A stretch of 64,000 bases of DNA from Flectonema sp. DT1601 (Eukaryota): the NCBI GenBank assembly GCA_964019425.1, contig OZ025785.1, positions 992,001 through 1,056,000 on the forward strand, read 5' to 3'. Numbering within the stretch: position 1 is the stretch's first letter; each line of letters opens with the position of its first letter. Of the stretch, positions 23,559-35,208 are shown piece after piece. A model generated the notes under the pieces. The model saw only the letters and a list, made by a program, of their open reading frames with translations. It did not search any database and was not told the DNA's origin. Made by a program: the position numbers and the translations under genes.

Positions 23559-24387
23559 TCTTTTTAAGGTGTATCACCTGTCATGTGACATTTGTATCTG
23601 TGGAAACAAATTAGAAATTAGATAAGTAACAAGCAAATAGAAAGTTTTTGAAAGGGTCTTGCAGGCTGGACACAATGAAGAAACAAGGTGCCTTCGAGTG
23701 TTCTGGACCACAACACTGATTCTTCTGACATTTACAATACAAAAAAGCTAATTTTACTAGACAGCACATTTCAGAAAAAAAAAGAAAGGGTTACAGAGTT
23801 GTGAAACCAAGCAAATCACATTTGATACCGGCAGGAATCAAACTGGGCACGCAAAAAGTGACGTAGCATATGTTCGTTTTTTCTTTTTCCTTTATTATTA
23901 TTCAAGTACTTCCTCAGCCTTGTTTTTAAAACAAGGCTGCAGGAAAGAAGGGGAAACTCAATTCCTCACAAAAATTGCATAAATCTTGTGAGCTTTCGAA
24001 AGTTCTGTTGTGGTAGCAAACTTTGTGGAAATAGATAAAAAAGAGACTGGGAAGACTTAACCTATTACATAACGAAGAAAACTAAAAGAGAAAGGGGGAA
24101 GATGATGAAGGTTTGAAAAAACTGCAAGAATGCAAAATACTGATGAAAATAACATTGACCGACTGTTTAACACAATAGATGTTGTTGTTAGATCTGCAGA
24201 CAAACATAAATACAACACAAGTACATGAACGATAAGGTTTGACTCCAACGCAGCACAGCAAAGACAGCAGGAAAATTCAAGATTATCAGTACCCTGGATA
24301 CTGATAGTGCGGGTAGGTAGGAGACCTGTTTGTTGTTTGAATATTTTATTTTGCATCAAACAATGTCGCAGTGTGAACAAGGCAATT

Positions 24388-26313
24388 TTAACAACAGCAA
24401 GTTACATACATCTCTCGATAAGTTGGTGATTGCGGACGTCTTCCATTCGATCGACCCCGTCTTGGAGGGGAGGGGCGAGTCCAGGTTGTTTGATTTGTTA
24501 ACGTGTTATAGTAATAGGGAACACCCTGTGCAGTGTAAAAGGTTTGGAGGTGCGAAGTTGCCGGAGGTGGTGACGTCCGACCACGACGCTCATCAGCTTT
24601 AATGTCAGAGAGACGTTGGAGTAGAAGATCTCGTCGGGAAGATGGAGGAGGAGAGTGAACACGAGAGTCATTTCTAACTCTGGATTTCCATCTGCATATT
24701 TCTTGGAAGTCAAATGCTTTGGCATCCTCCCAACGAGATTCCCATTCTGATGGATTTCCAGCCCTATCAAGCAAACGAACTTCTTCCCATTTCCTCTCTA
24801 ATTCCTTTTCCCTTCGGAGAGCTCGTTCATCTTCGTACTTCATCTGACTCATCAGTTGCTCAAGGTCGTTTCTCTCTGTCTGATGCTGATAATCCATTCC
24901 TCTAATCCAGTCATGTGATGGTGGAGGATGATGAACATCCTGAAAAACTTGATGGTCTCCATGATGCTCACTGAAATTCTGCACCCGGTCTGGCCTACCT
25001 TTCATGCGTTCTATTTCAACCATTATTCTTTTCTTTGCTCCCAGTGACTGTACACCTATTTCAGCCAACTCAGCCTCAGTAAGGCTGACAAGTGTCTCCA
25101 TATCAATATCAGATGACAAGAATCTCTGAGTGTACTTTTGCAATCCAATTCTAGACAGAAAGTCAGCAACCTGTTGACCAGTTGCATCCAACCGACTGCG
25201 AGGGATGGTTCCCTCATCAGATGGAGATGAACCATGTTGTGGGGTGCTTTTCCCAAGTCTCGGGTTTTCGATCGATTCGATCAATCCTGCCACCTCAAGC
25301 ATATTCCTGGCAGCTGGACTATTTTTGTTACTCTTCGCCCACTTAGCAACAGGACTTCTGCTTCGCTCACGACCAAGTCCCCTGTAGTACTCTCTTTCAT
25401 CCGATGGCTTCATTGACAACTCTGTCATGATTGCTCCGAGTACTCCGCCAACACCGTCACTCTCTCCACGTTTCTTCATTCCAAGCTCTTTAATTTCCTC
25501 GATGAATGCCTCCACCGCACTTCCTTGGTTGTCATCACCGTCTTCGACTTTTGTTTTGCTGTTTGGCGGAAGGGGTTGGTGAGGAGACTTCTCAGGTTCC
25601 TTTTCCTTGATTGCTGGTGTTGGTAATGGAGCTACAGTGTGTGGTTGTGTTGGGGCGGCAGTTTTTACCTGTGGCTCTGATGAGGGAGGCGCAGGAGGCG
25701 GCTGGGCAACGTCTTGAACTGTAGCAGCAGCAGCGGGAGCAGCCGGCGGTATCGGGGCAACTGATACTGGTTGTTGGACTTCTGCTGGTGGTGGAATAGC
25801 AATAGCAGGGGTTGGTGGAGCCGGTGGACTAGCTGCTGGAGGAGGGGGGGGGGCAACAGCAGGAGCTGGCGGAGGAGCAACAGCAGGAGTTGGCGGAGGA
25901 GCAACAGCAGGAACAGCAGGAGTTGGCGGAGCCGGTGGCGGATCAGCCGCTGGAGGAGGCGGCTCCGCAGGCGCTGCAGGTGCCGCTGGCGTTGGTGGCT
26001 TCGCTGCCTTGACTTCCTCAGGTGCGTTTGGCGGAGCCCCTCTCTTCTTTACATAAATAAAATCATCTGCAGAAACATTTTGTTTATTAAATGCAATTTT
26101 AGGATTTAACTTTTCTGTCAGCACCAACAGCTTTGGGTTTTTTGCCCTTTTTGCAGCCTTCTGATCAGCAACTAGCCAAAGATCATGTCTTGCTATCCCA
26201 GACTTTGTCCCAATTGATTTCGTAAACCGCGAAATTGGGTCCCCCAAAGTGACGCTCAAGAAGGCCTTGTCCTTCTCTGCCTTTGTGTCGGTGAGCAGTT
26301 TTATCACAACCAT
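24388..26313 (-). CDS. Pro-rich protein with SAM domain and C-terminal WW domain
   Basis: SAM: VADFLSRIGLQKYTQRFLSSDIDMETLVSLTEAELAEIGVQSLGAKKRI. WW-like: TAQGVPYYYNTLTNQTTWTRP. First ATG at 26313; the last codons are probably intronic. Confidence 0.85.
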   Translation of the reverse strand: MVVIKLLTDTKAEKDKAFLSVTLGDPISRFTKSIGTKSGIARHDLWLVADQKAAKRAKNPKLLVLTEKLNPKIAFNKQNVSADDFIYVKKRGAPPNAPEEVKAAKPPTPAAPAAPAEPPPPAADPPPAPPTPAVPAVAPPPTPAVAPPPAPAVAPPPPPAASPPAPPTPAIAIPPPAEVQQPVSVAPIPPAAPAAAATVQDVAQPPPAPPSSEPQVKTAAPTQPHTVAPLPTPAIKEKEPEKSPHQPLPPNSKTKVEDGDDNQGSAVEAFIEEIKELGMKKRGESDGVGGVLGAIMTELSMKPSDEREYYRGLGRERSRSPVAKWAKSNKNSPAARNMLEVAGLIESIENPRLGKSTPQHGSSPSDEGTIPRSRLDATGQQVADFLSRIGLQKYTQRFLSSDIDMETLVSLTEAELAEIGVQSLGAKKRIMVEIERMKGRPDRVQNFSEHHGDHQVFQDVHHPPPSHDWIRGMDYQHQTERNDLEQLMSQMKYEDERALRREKELERKWEEVRLLDRAGNPSEWESRWEDAKAFDFQEICRWKSRVRNDSRVHSPPPSSRRDLLLQRLSDIKADERRGRTSPPPATSHLQTFYTAQGVPYYYNTLTNQTTWTRPSPPRRGRSNGRRPQSPTYREMYVTCCC

Positions 26314-26667
26314 GTTGAAAGATACCTTCCTGAAGAACAAAGCTGAGATTTGGTGTTATTAGTTTTAATTCTACGAAACACAATACTATTTGTACCAATA
26401 ATAAAATCTTTGTCGGCCGTGGTAAAGTAAATCTGCATGCAAACTTGTAAGATTTGGTTTTACAGAGTCCACTACTCGCAACAGACACAGATCAATATTA
26501 GTAGGGTCTTTAATAATTTCACTAAACAATAACAAAGTACAATACAATGCAAACGGGTTGCAAAGAGCAGAAACATATTGGATTTAGTGGTAAAGGCAAG
26601 ACTTACCAGTCACCAATAATCAAATACTTAAACAAAAAACTATGTCACTGCAGGTGACGTTCAGCAA

Positions 26668-27849
26668 TTAAGTGTCAGTTCTGATGATCAGCTCAACTCC
26701 GGCAGGGGAATAGATTGCAAATCGCCAACCATCACCACCAATGGTTGGGATCTCCGCCGTGTGGAGTGGAACTTGTCTCCAGGATGCGGAATCTTGTTGA
26801 TGTGAATTAAATATTTTCAACTGCCCAGGTTGCCCAGGTACAGACCAAGAAGCTAACATCATCAATGTGAAATCAACGCACCCCATCAACGGAACAGAAA
26901 ATTTTGACCTGTCAGAGGTATCACAACGAAATCCAATCCCATTTCTTGAATCTCCTGTAAGACATTCTGGTGGAGATCCGTTTATTAAGCCACACTCTAA
27001 TTCGAGTCCTGATTGAATTCCAATTATGTCTATTTCGATGCATTCGCCCCCTGTGATAATCTCATCTGTGTAGACAGGCACTAAAAGACTGTCACCCACC
27101 TTAGGAATTGCCTTCTTGTTGTAGCTGCTGAGAAAACACGAAGACATGTCATTCCATGACCAAGACACATTCCTCTGTGCCGATTTTGGTCGGACACCAG
27201 ATAATGTTGGTAATTCCATAACTAGCGAAAAGTCATCAGGTCTCCCATGAATGTAATGATCAGCAGGTACTAATACAGGTGTTTCAACAGTGTTTGGTAA
27301 ACAAAAAGACCTCGGACTCACCGACCCTGGTAGAACCGCAGGCGAATTTTGCTGCAAGACATATTTTGTTAGTCCATAGTACTCTATCTCTGATAAGAGA
27401 AGTCGTTCTTCAACTTCTGTTGTTGGAGGAGTGTGCCATTTTCCAGTCCGTAACCAGTTTAAAATTGACAGAAACGGCTTCGCAGGTCTGTCAATAAATA
27501 TTTTACCCAAAGAATCAGTCGTGAGAGGAAACTTCCCACTGAACATTGCCGATAAGAAGGTCTGATCGTATTTTGTAAGAGTGCTTCGGAGAGTAGCGGT
27601 AGTCTCGCCGCCAATATTCAGTTCGATAACTTCTTCTAACTTAGGGATCTTTTCAGCCATAATGTCATCAGCTGCTTTATTTCTCTCTAATGCTGTTTCC
27701 CTCTTCCGAAGTTCTGCGTGCCTTTTGTTCAATTCCTCCTCACGCAGGTCGAGCTGCTGTTCTCTTGTTACTAATACCTTGTTGCTTTGGCGAACCTGAG
27801 ACATTATTTCCTCAAGACTTGTGAGCCCCGTTTCGATGTCAAATGACAT
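26668..27849 (-). CDS. BTB/POZ (KCTD-type) domain protein with N-terminal coiled coil
   Basis: VIELNIGGETTATLRSTLTKYDQTFLSAMFSG...IFIDRPAKPFLSILNWLRTG...EIEYYGL matches the T1-type BTB pattern. Confidence 0.88.
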   Translation of the reverse strand: MSFDIETGLTSLEEIMSQVRQSNKVLVTREQQLDLREEELNKRHAELRKRETALERNKAADDIMAEKIPKLEEVIELNIGGETTATLRSTLTKYDQTFLSAMFSGKFPLTTDSLGKIFIDRPAKPFLSILNWLRTGKWHTPPTTEVEERLLLSEIEYYGLTKYVLQQNSPAVLPGSVSPRSFCLPNTVETPVLVPADHYIHGRPDDFSLVMELPTLSGVRPKSAQRNVSWSWNDMSSCFLSSYNKKAIPKVGDSLLVPVYTDEIITGGECIEIDIIGIQSGLELECGLINGSPPECLTGDSRNGIGFRCDTSDRSKFSVPLMGCVDFTLMMLASWSVPGQPGQLKIFNSHQQDSASWRQVPLHTAEIPTIGGDGWRFAIYSPAGVELIIRTDT

Positions 27850-28147
27850 TTTTTAAGTTAAATCAAAAACTGATTAGGGTTGAAATAATTTAAATACTTA
27901 ACAATTGCATTATTATTAGGAAATACAACTGTTGCTTCAATTGCTTCAATTGCTTCAAGGAAAACAAGGTATGGTGAAAAACTGGACAGGGGAAGGGTTT
28001 GATAATTTAACTCTTTTGCGAATATAGTTGAATATAATAACCTGCAGGAAGGTAGTTAACACTTATTTAAGATTACTAACCGCAAATATGAGATAGCACA
28101 AAAATGAAACAAATGTAATGACAAATAAAATTTGAAGAATAAAAATA

Positions 28148-29401
28148 TCAATTCGAATCATCTTCTGCAATCAGCACCCCGCCAGCTACCCGTTTTTGTT
28201 CAGCAAGAGCTCTGGCACCGTGGATGAAAACCGGGAATGACACACCGCGATCGGAAGCAGCCTGGACAAATTGAATATTTGCTGTTATTGTAACAGCCTT
28301 GTGAGTATCTCCAGTACCAAATATTATTACCTGGCGAGGTTTGATTCTATTAGATGGTGGTAGGGATAAGAACCTTTGACTAGGTGAGTCAGGTACAACT
28401 TCAATCTGCTCCAGGAGTTTCGATGCACGTGAGCACTCCCCCTTCCCAGCAACAGTCGCGCAGATCTTAAGAAAATTATCAACTGCGGTCTGACATGAAA
28501 TCACTCTCTTCCCAGCTAGGAAGTCATCGAGAATTGGTTTTAAAGGCTTCTGACGATCCTCAACTGCCTGAGCATTCAAAACAGGATGACTCGGAAATTC
28601 ATAAATCCCTTCGCTGTTTGTCAAATCCGATACAAGTGCAAACAATGCCGTTATATCTAAATTTGCAGCTGGTTGGTAGTCTTCTTCACTGTCGCTGAAA
28701 GACATGCCATCTCCTAATTCTTCAGCAAGTTGCCGTTGTGTAATTTCACTGCAACACTCATCAATTGATTGCGGAGTCACACCTTGTTCTGATATCTCCA
28801 TTGAAACATCTGCTGGAATTGGATTTGTAAACACGAGGTAGCAAGACGGAGTACCATACTGATGTGGATGATCATTCGCAATGGATACCATTTCTTGTGC
28901 GAGTTCGCCAACTGACTTGTCGGAGTGACGCCCGCGCCCTTTTGATGAGTCTTCGATATTACGAGAAGACATGCTCTTTATTTTTATCCATTTGCCACCA
29001 CCCTCAGTAACAATACTAATATCAGATGTCATGTGCTTTGTGTTTGTTGTGAAGGTTTGACCAACAGCCGTGACTTGAGTCATGTCTTCACATTGTAAAA
29101 TTTTTAATATGCCACCATACACTCCGAGGTTGCTGCTCCAAACTCGCCCAGCAGTCATCTCAACACTTCCGCTCAGCATTTTATCCAAAAAACCTTTTTC
29201 AGTTTCAACCTTCTTTCTTAACCTGATAATTCCTTCCAGTGCTGTTGAGTTGTTGTGTAGCTCTCGAAGTCCATTCCGCTGTGGTCGTGTTCCCTCTTCA
29301 ATCGAGTTACCGATATCTTGTAATCCTTTTATTATTCGCGCTGCTTCTAATACCAGCTCGCGAGTCTTATCTGGAAGGCAAGTACGTGTTTCGATATCCA
29401 T
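28148..29401 (-). CDS. UPF0415/C7orf25-like (DUF1308) protein
   Basis: Motifs SSNL, GGKWIKIK, NLDITALFALVSDLTN, IFGTGD...TITANIQFVQAA..GV...IHGARALAE recalled as typical of this family. Confidence 0.8.
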   Translation of the reverse strand: MDIETRTCLPDKTRELVLEAARIIKGLQDIGNSIEEGTRPQRNGLRELHNNSTALEGIIRLRKKVETEKGFLDKMLSGSVEMTAGRVWSSNLGVYGGILKILQCEDMTQVTAVGQTFTTNTKHMTSDISIVTEGGGKWIKIKSMSSRNIEDSSKGRGRHSDKSVGELAQEMVSIANDHPHQYGTPSCYLVFTNPIPADVSMEISEQGVTPQSIDECCSEITQRQLAEELGDGMSFSDSEEDYQPAANLDITALFALVSDLTNSEGIYEFPSHPVLNAQAVEDRQKPLKPILDDFLAGKRVISCQTAVDNFLKICATVAGKGECSRASKLLEQIEVVPDSPSQRFLSLPPSNRIKPRQVIIFGTGDTHKAVTITANIQFVQAASDRGVSFPVFIHGARALAEQKRVAGGVLIAEDDSN

Positions 29402-31119
29402 TTAAATATTCCGCATGCTTGAAGATTTGAAATACTACGCAGGGAAATTTTCGTATTTTTGTTTATGTAATCACTGAATCCATAACTTTTAAAGGAAACG
29501 ATCCTATCCTCACAAAGATATTGATTGAACACTGAAAAAAATTAAGAGTTAGTATTATTAATTTTAGTATAGATAAAAAAAATAGAGATAAGCTAACGAA
29601 AAGTATTCATTTCTGCAGTTTCCTAACATCCAGGGTAATAGAATTTGTAGTTTCAGGCCTTAATCTTATACTACCTTGTCCCTTTTTAGGCCTTCAATCA
29701 GTAAGTTCTAAGAGACGTCATTTTATGTTGAAGTTGCTATCGTTCTAAGATAAAAATCCATCGGAGCTCGTCAGGATAGGGCTAGCAATGTTCATTTGCT
29801 TTTTGTTCAACTTAAACTTACATCTTCGACGTCTGCTTGTTTCACTATTACAGCCGAGTCATCCATTTTGCATTTAATTTTATCTTCGCATACCATCAAT
29901 AGTCTTAGAATACACAGGTACCATTGCAACATCTGTATCAGACTGAGCATTTGTCAATATCATATGGAAACTAAAATCTGTAGTTCGGTACATCTCGTCA
30001 AATGATCGAAAGGGAGTCTTTGATTTTTTTGTCTTTAAGAGATCACGCACCAATAACTCCACCATCGTTATCCAAGATACCTATCCAGTGCCTCACGACA
30101 GTGCCATCTGCTCAACTCTTTTTTGCTGTGAATGCAGTACGTCCTGCATTTCCATACTTGTGCAAAAAGCTAAAAGCTAAAGCTAAGCTTTTTTTAGCTT
30201 TTTTTTGAATTTTTTTTTTTTTAAATTTTGGCATGTTTCTGTACTTTTTTGATATTTTTTTTGGTTTTGTGAGGAAAAAAAGTGTGGGGGAAAAAAAAAA
30301 ACACCAACTATAATATTTCCAGTATCCACCACTACAGGTTTTTGTGTGTTTTTTGGCTCATTTAAGCTGTTAAGTGACGTGATTTTTCGATATTTGCGCA
30401 ACCTGGTATCTACAAAGATAACATTTCATAATTCAACTATGTGTACTGTTGGGAGAGAAATATGTTTTTTTTTTTGATATGACAGGCAAATTATTACTTA
30501 TTACAATCAACACTGAGTATGATTTTTCGCCATACTTGCCTTAACACACATTTTCCCTACCTGGATTAAAAAAATGTCACTAAAAGGAGGAGATATCCAT
30601 AAATTCACTAAATAATTATACCACAGAAGTAGTAAAATACAAGCTAGAAAGACATGTGATATCAGTTATTAGAAGAGGGTAGAAAGGAATTATTAAACTT
30701 GGGAAAGTTCGTCTTTAACCCTCTTCACAGCAGGGCCTTCTGCTTGTCTTCTTCCTTATTGGGTCAGCAGCACACACTTTAAACATGTTGCACGCTACTT
30801 GCAGCATAGCATCAACATGTCTGTGAACCATTCTTCTCTCAACCTCTCCCGTACAAAGTCCAACCTGAAAAACAAATTTGCTACTAATGGATGATTAAGC
30901 TGGGAAGAGTGCAAGCCCCCCCCCAACCCCCCCTAAGGGGGGGGGAGCCACTAATAAAAGCCAACCTCTCCCGTACAAAGTCTGCCTATCCCGTAGAAAG
31001 TCCAACTTCAATCCTGACCAACATCCTTTTTTTTTCACCCTGAAAAGCTAAGTAAAAAGTCAAGGACAAGTTAGATAAGGATGACACTCAATCAAGGACA
31101 CTCAAATTAATTAACTAAA

Positions 31120-32869
31120 TTATTCCACTTTAGGTCTTTTTATTTCACTACTTTCTGGTTTTACTTTTCGAGGTCGCTTACATCCTCTGCTGTTATGGCC
31201 TTTGGTGTTGCAATTGCTGCATGTCACTGTTGACGTTTCACTCTTTTTCCTGATGCGGAGATGCGGACGGCGACCTACGCTCGGCTTCACAACAGGAGGC
31301 AAGGTATCATCAGGGATCAGGTCTCCAAGTTCCGCAGTTTCAGGTAGCACTTGCATGCTGTAGAAACGTCTGAAACTCTCGACACGCAAGAAAGGCAGAC
31401 AGGCAGCGGGATCAGTCAAGGTGTCCAAACCAAGGTGCATTAGTACCTTCGTTGTGTGTGCACAAGGAAGGTTGCTCTTACGGAAGTCGTAGCAATTACA
31501 TGTCAAACAACCATCAATCAATCGAACTGTTTTGCTCGCTAGGGACTGTCGTAGCTCCCACAACCGCTTGCTCAGTTGTGTTACTTCCCACAGCGAAGCG
31601 TCTGCTGCCTGCTCCCGTATATGCTTTTCCACAGAGGGTACTGGGGATTCTGGCTGTAGAGTTGCAGCAAGCAGACCCTGTCGCTTAGCGAGCGTGTCTG
31701 TAGTCCATCTGCGGGTGTCCTGGATGAGAGTCAGCAGGCTTCCCTTGCGAGCTTCCCGAAAAATCGAATTAACGCACTCAACTGCGTTGGAGGTGTAGGT
31801 ATTAAACCTTGGAACACCTTTTGGCCAGTACGCATCTGACCACCGAGAAAGCTGTGTTTTCTTGATGTAAACGGTGGCGGTTTTACTGACAATGCTGTTC
31901 AACAGCTTCACGGCTTCCTTCTGCGACTTGGCTTTGGCTATCTGCCACATTATGGTGGAAGCGGAACCCTTTGGCAGCTGGGTGCTATTCGCAACGTTGT
32001 CAACAAGGTAGTTGAGACAGCAGGCATGGTGGAGAATTTTGTTTTCAAGGGTGGTGTCGCCTTCCAATCCCTTTTGTCTGTCTGAGAACAAGACTGCCCT
32101 CTCCAGCGACTTGCCGAAGTGAGCAGCCATCTGAGAATGGTGGTATGCCCACCCGTCCTTGTTCTCCGACACATTGCTTGTTGAGAAACACAAAGGGAAA
32201 ATGTGTCTCTCAGCATCCATCCCAACCGTGATGTACAGGGTACCACGGAATGCGCCTGACAGGTGGCAAGCGTCGCTGTGGATTATCGGAGAGAGAGTCG
32301 GAAATGCCCTACCATCCAAAAAACACCAAAACGCTCTTGTGAAGGTGCTTTGTGTCTTGACTATGTCGTATGACATTGCAGGGTTGACGGATTTCAAATT
32401 CTGCAGAAAAGCAGCTATCAACCCGAATTGATCACCCTGACTGCCAAGAACCTTCTGGCGTGTGTTCCTTAGCGCCTTGGTGATGATGTGTGTCGAGACA
32501 TCGACGGAACCGAAAGTTGTAAGATCTTTGGCAACTTCGCTCGGATAAAGCATAGGCTTTTGTCCTAACCTTCTGCTCTACCCGGTTGGCTACGAACTTG
32601 CATAACCCGTAGGTTACTTGCTTCGCTGCTCCAGGTGAACAAGTGTGCTCTTCCACATGCCACACACGACAGTTCCCTTGGTCCATCTTTGTTTTTACTG
32701 CCCACTGGCAGGCATCCACCGGACATGTAAAATTCATGTACGTCCGGTCCCTTTTTCCCCTTGCGAAACTGTGCCCACTCTGGTGGGAAATCTCCAGCAG
32801 GTGTATCTCAAACTTTTCCCTAGTGTCAAACACTTGTCCAACAGAAAGACTCTGAACAGGGACAGGCAT
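31120..32869 (-). mobile_element. Mutator/MULE transposase gene split by one frameshift near 32550
   Basis: ORF 32432-32869 gives a MuDR-type N-terminal domain (VGQVFDTRE...CPVDACQWAV). ORF 31120-32553 gives the DDE core (HSDACHL, FSDRQKGL, SNAVE), SWIM finger (CNC...LPCAH) and CCHC knuckle (CSNCNTKGHNSRGC). No TIRs identified. Confidence 0.88.
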
Positions 32870-32969
32870 GTTAGATATTGTTGCGAGTTAAAGCGAAGGC
32901 TGTAAAGAAATGCAAAAATGATAGATTAATAAAAAAAAAAAAAATAAAAAAAAAACTGAATAAAAAAAA

Positions 32970-32993
32970 TGCCCTCACCCAGGATCGAACTGG
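32970..32993 (-). other. tRNA 3'-end-like fragment (T-loop/B-box plus acceptor strand)
   Basis: Minus strand CCAGTTCGATCCTGGGTGAGGGCA followed by a T-run, similar to the 3' end of the tRNA-Phe at 1521-1545. No 5' half is visible. Confidence 0.45.
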
Positions 32994-33084
32994 ACGGTTT
33001 ACAGCCATTTTGGATTTTGTAATGAATGGTTAGTTCTGAAACTATTTGTGTAGGAAAGACCCCTTTACCCTTTTTTTTATTTAA

Positions 33085-33980
33085 CCCTTTAAGTTGCCCA
33101 TGACTATCCCATGTTTTCAGCCAAAAATTAAAATCCCTAAAACTATTTCCATCGAAAATGATTCAGTAGGGTCACCTATCCCAGATTTGGGTGCTCCTGA
33201 GTCTTCTTCGAGCGATGAAAAGAGTACAATAGAGCCAAGCATTTCCCCTCTGAAATGGAGCAAGAAAATCACCAAGGTAAAACGACACACGTTTCGGCGG
33301 TCCTTGCAGAACATGTCAGACCTGAAATTGATGAAGGAACTGCAGAAATTTGAACTTGTGTTCACCCTAAAGGTGATGAGATGATTTCGCACTGCAGCAA
33401 CAACTAGGCACTCAATCTTAACTTAGGACTCAATATCCTCGTGAGTCTCTGTGATAAGCCAAATATCTCAGATTACAGGAACGGTATATCAGACCCAGCG
33501 TACACACCCCACTTCGCTTCCTGAGATCGGTTCCTCTAAATTCGAACCAATCTAAAGTTTTACACTGTCACCAACCCCGTACCTGCTGACAAGCTCTACA
33601 AAATCCGCAGCTTTTGGGAAACAATAGTTCCCAAATGGTCCGAGATCAATAAGGCGGAGGCGCAGGGACGGGTGGAGAAGTTCTCTGCCTCGTACTTTCA
33701 GTCCTAGCACAATGTGCATCACATAAATTCAGGGGCAATCCAAAAGAAGTACATGTCTTCAGCACATTGCCTCTCGAGGAGAATTATGAGACAGCCACGT
33801 GATGGACTAAAATAAGGAAATCTATCAAAAAGTGACCATCGACTTACCGGTACAGATCCATCAGTACAACAAACTGATGGGTGGTGTTGACCTTGTAGAC
33901 GGTATCAGGGGGAAGGCAAGAAGAACTCTGATGACAAAACGCTGCACCCTGAAAGTCTTTCACTGCTTGTTAGAGATTTC
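33085..33980 (+). pseudogene. piggyBac transposon remnant (left terminus plus decayed transposase)
   Basis: TTAA|CCCTTT at 33081. Translations include S*DRFL*IRTNLKF...DKLYKIRSFW (about 33520-33620) and PVQIHQYNKLMGGVDLVD...LKVFHCLLEISI (about 33845-33980), which are piggyBac transposase motifs. In-frame stops and internal deletion present. Confidence 0.85.
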
Positions 33981-34575
33981 TATCTTCCGACACTCTCGCC
34001 GCGCCCACCCAGCACAGCACGATAGCCAGCTGCGTATCTCCGTCTACCTCCTTTCGCAACGCACCCAGCACCTGCTCCCCCACCGCAGGTATCGCCTGTT
34101 TCTGCGGTCGCTCTCTTCAGAGCTCTCATGTAGTCGATCAGCATCTGACCTCCAACACTTGATGCTCCCGTCCGTCGCAGCGCCGCTTGGGCTCGCCCCA
34201 CGTACTCGAGCGCTGAGGAATTTGAAATCGGACCCTTGGTCCGAGACCTTTGCCTTTCTACCCAGTAGATGATGGCTAGGTCCCACGACAACAATACTCC
34301 TGTTGCCTCGTGCCAGTTGTTCCGGAACTGGACCAAACGTCGTTGAGCTGCCTCCAGAGACCGCCTCCTCGAATTCGACAGCGCATCCCCCACCACCCGC
34401 AACGCCGATTTTGTCAGTGACACTGCACTCTTCTTCGTCACCGCACCTTCCCGTGTCCTCGGCCGTCCAACATCCTTCACCGAGAGCACGCCTAACCCTT
34501 CTAACATGGAGGTCAGTGGCGACTCTTCGTTGCGGGGTTCCTCTGTGGCTGTGTCTTCTCTGCTTCCCTTTCTTC
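33980..34575 (-). pseudogene. Truncated tyrosine recombinase of a TATE/DIRS-like retrotransposon
   Basis: GC-rich. SSALEYVGRAQAALRR...LIDYMRALKR, then after a frameshift RPQKQAIPAVGEQV...AIVLCWVGAARVSE, containing the first catalytic Arg motif (AARxxE/D). Truncated at the piggyBac junction. Confidence 0.72.
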
Positions 34576-34774
34576 CCTGGTCAAGACGCTAAACTGATTG
34601 TTTTTTTTTTTTTTTTTTTCTTAAAATAATTAAAAGGATTTAAAAAAAAAAAAAAAAAAATAAAAAAATAAACAATGTTATCATTGTTTTTTTTCTATCG
34701 ATCGACTATGTCGATTAATTTCTATTTTCCGTCCTGATCGAGACGCTAAACTGATTGTTTCCTTTTTTTAAATA

Positions 34775-34806
<32 letters not shown>

Positions 34807-34810
<4 letters not shown>

Positions 34811-35208
34811 ATCTCCCTGCTATCCTCATATCCCCACAATAATATTATACCTTTTCATTTTCTCTTTCCTTTTCTGGTCTTTTTTTTTCTTTTTTTCCTT
34901 TTTCATACAACGTTTTTTATTTATATTTATATTTTATTTCTTTTTTTTTTTTTCATGTTTGATTATTTCCTCTTCATATTTTTTTTCTATTCTTTCTTTT
35001 TTTTTTTTTTTTTTTTCTCTACCTCTCTCTTAATTCTGTTCGTTTCTTTGAAACGAAAATTCATTTGAATATTATTCCTTGGTCAGCAACCATCATTGTC
35101 GCCCTTTGGGCCTGTTAAAAAAAAAAAAAAAATAAAAAGAAAGTTTACATCGGGAATAGGGCAGGAGCCAAAAGCTCCCAGTCCGTTACTTCCCACTTTA
35201 TCGAAATT
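34807..35208. repeat. Block Z; other copies at about 50371-50631, 55017-55423 and 56211-56402
   Basis: Shared core ...TTCTGTTCGTTTCTTTGAAACG...GGGAATAGGGCAGGAGCCAAAAGCTCCCAGTCCGTTACTTCCCACTTTATCGAAATT. Confidence 0.93.

Noticed and set aside
29640..30160. Possible small spliced minus-strand gene (MVELLVRDLL...)
   Set aside because: Could not build a convincing exon chain or recognise a domain.
30165..30250. AAAGCT repeats/dyad and GTTTCTGTACTTT resembling a spliced-leader fragment
   Set aside because: The match is short, in low-complexity sequence, and lacks the rest of the SL exon and donor site.
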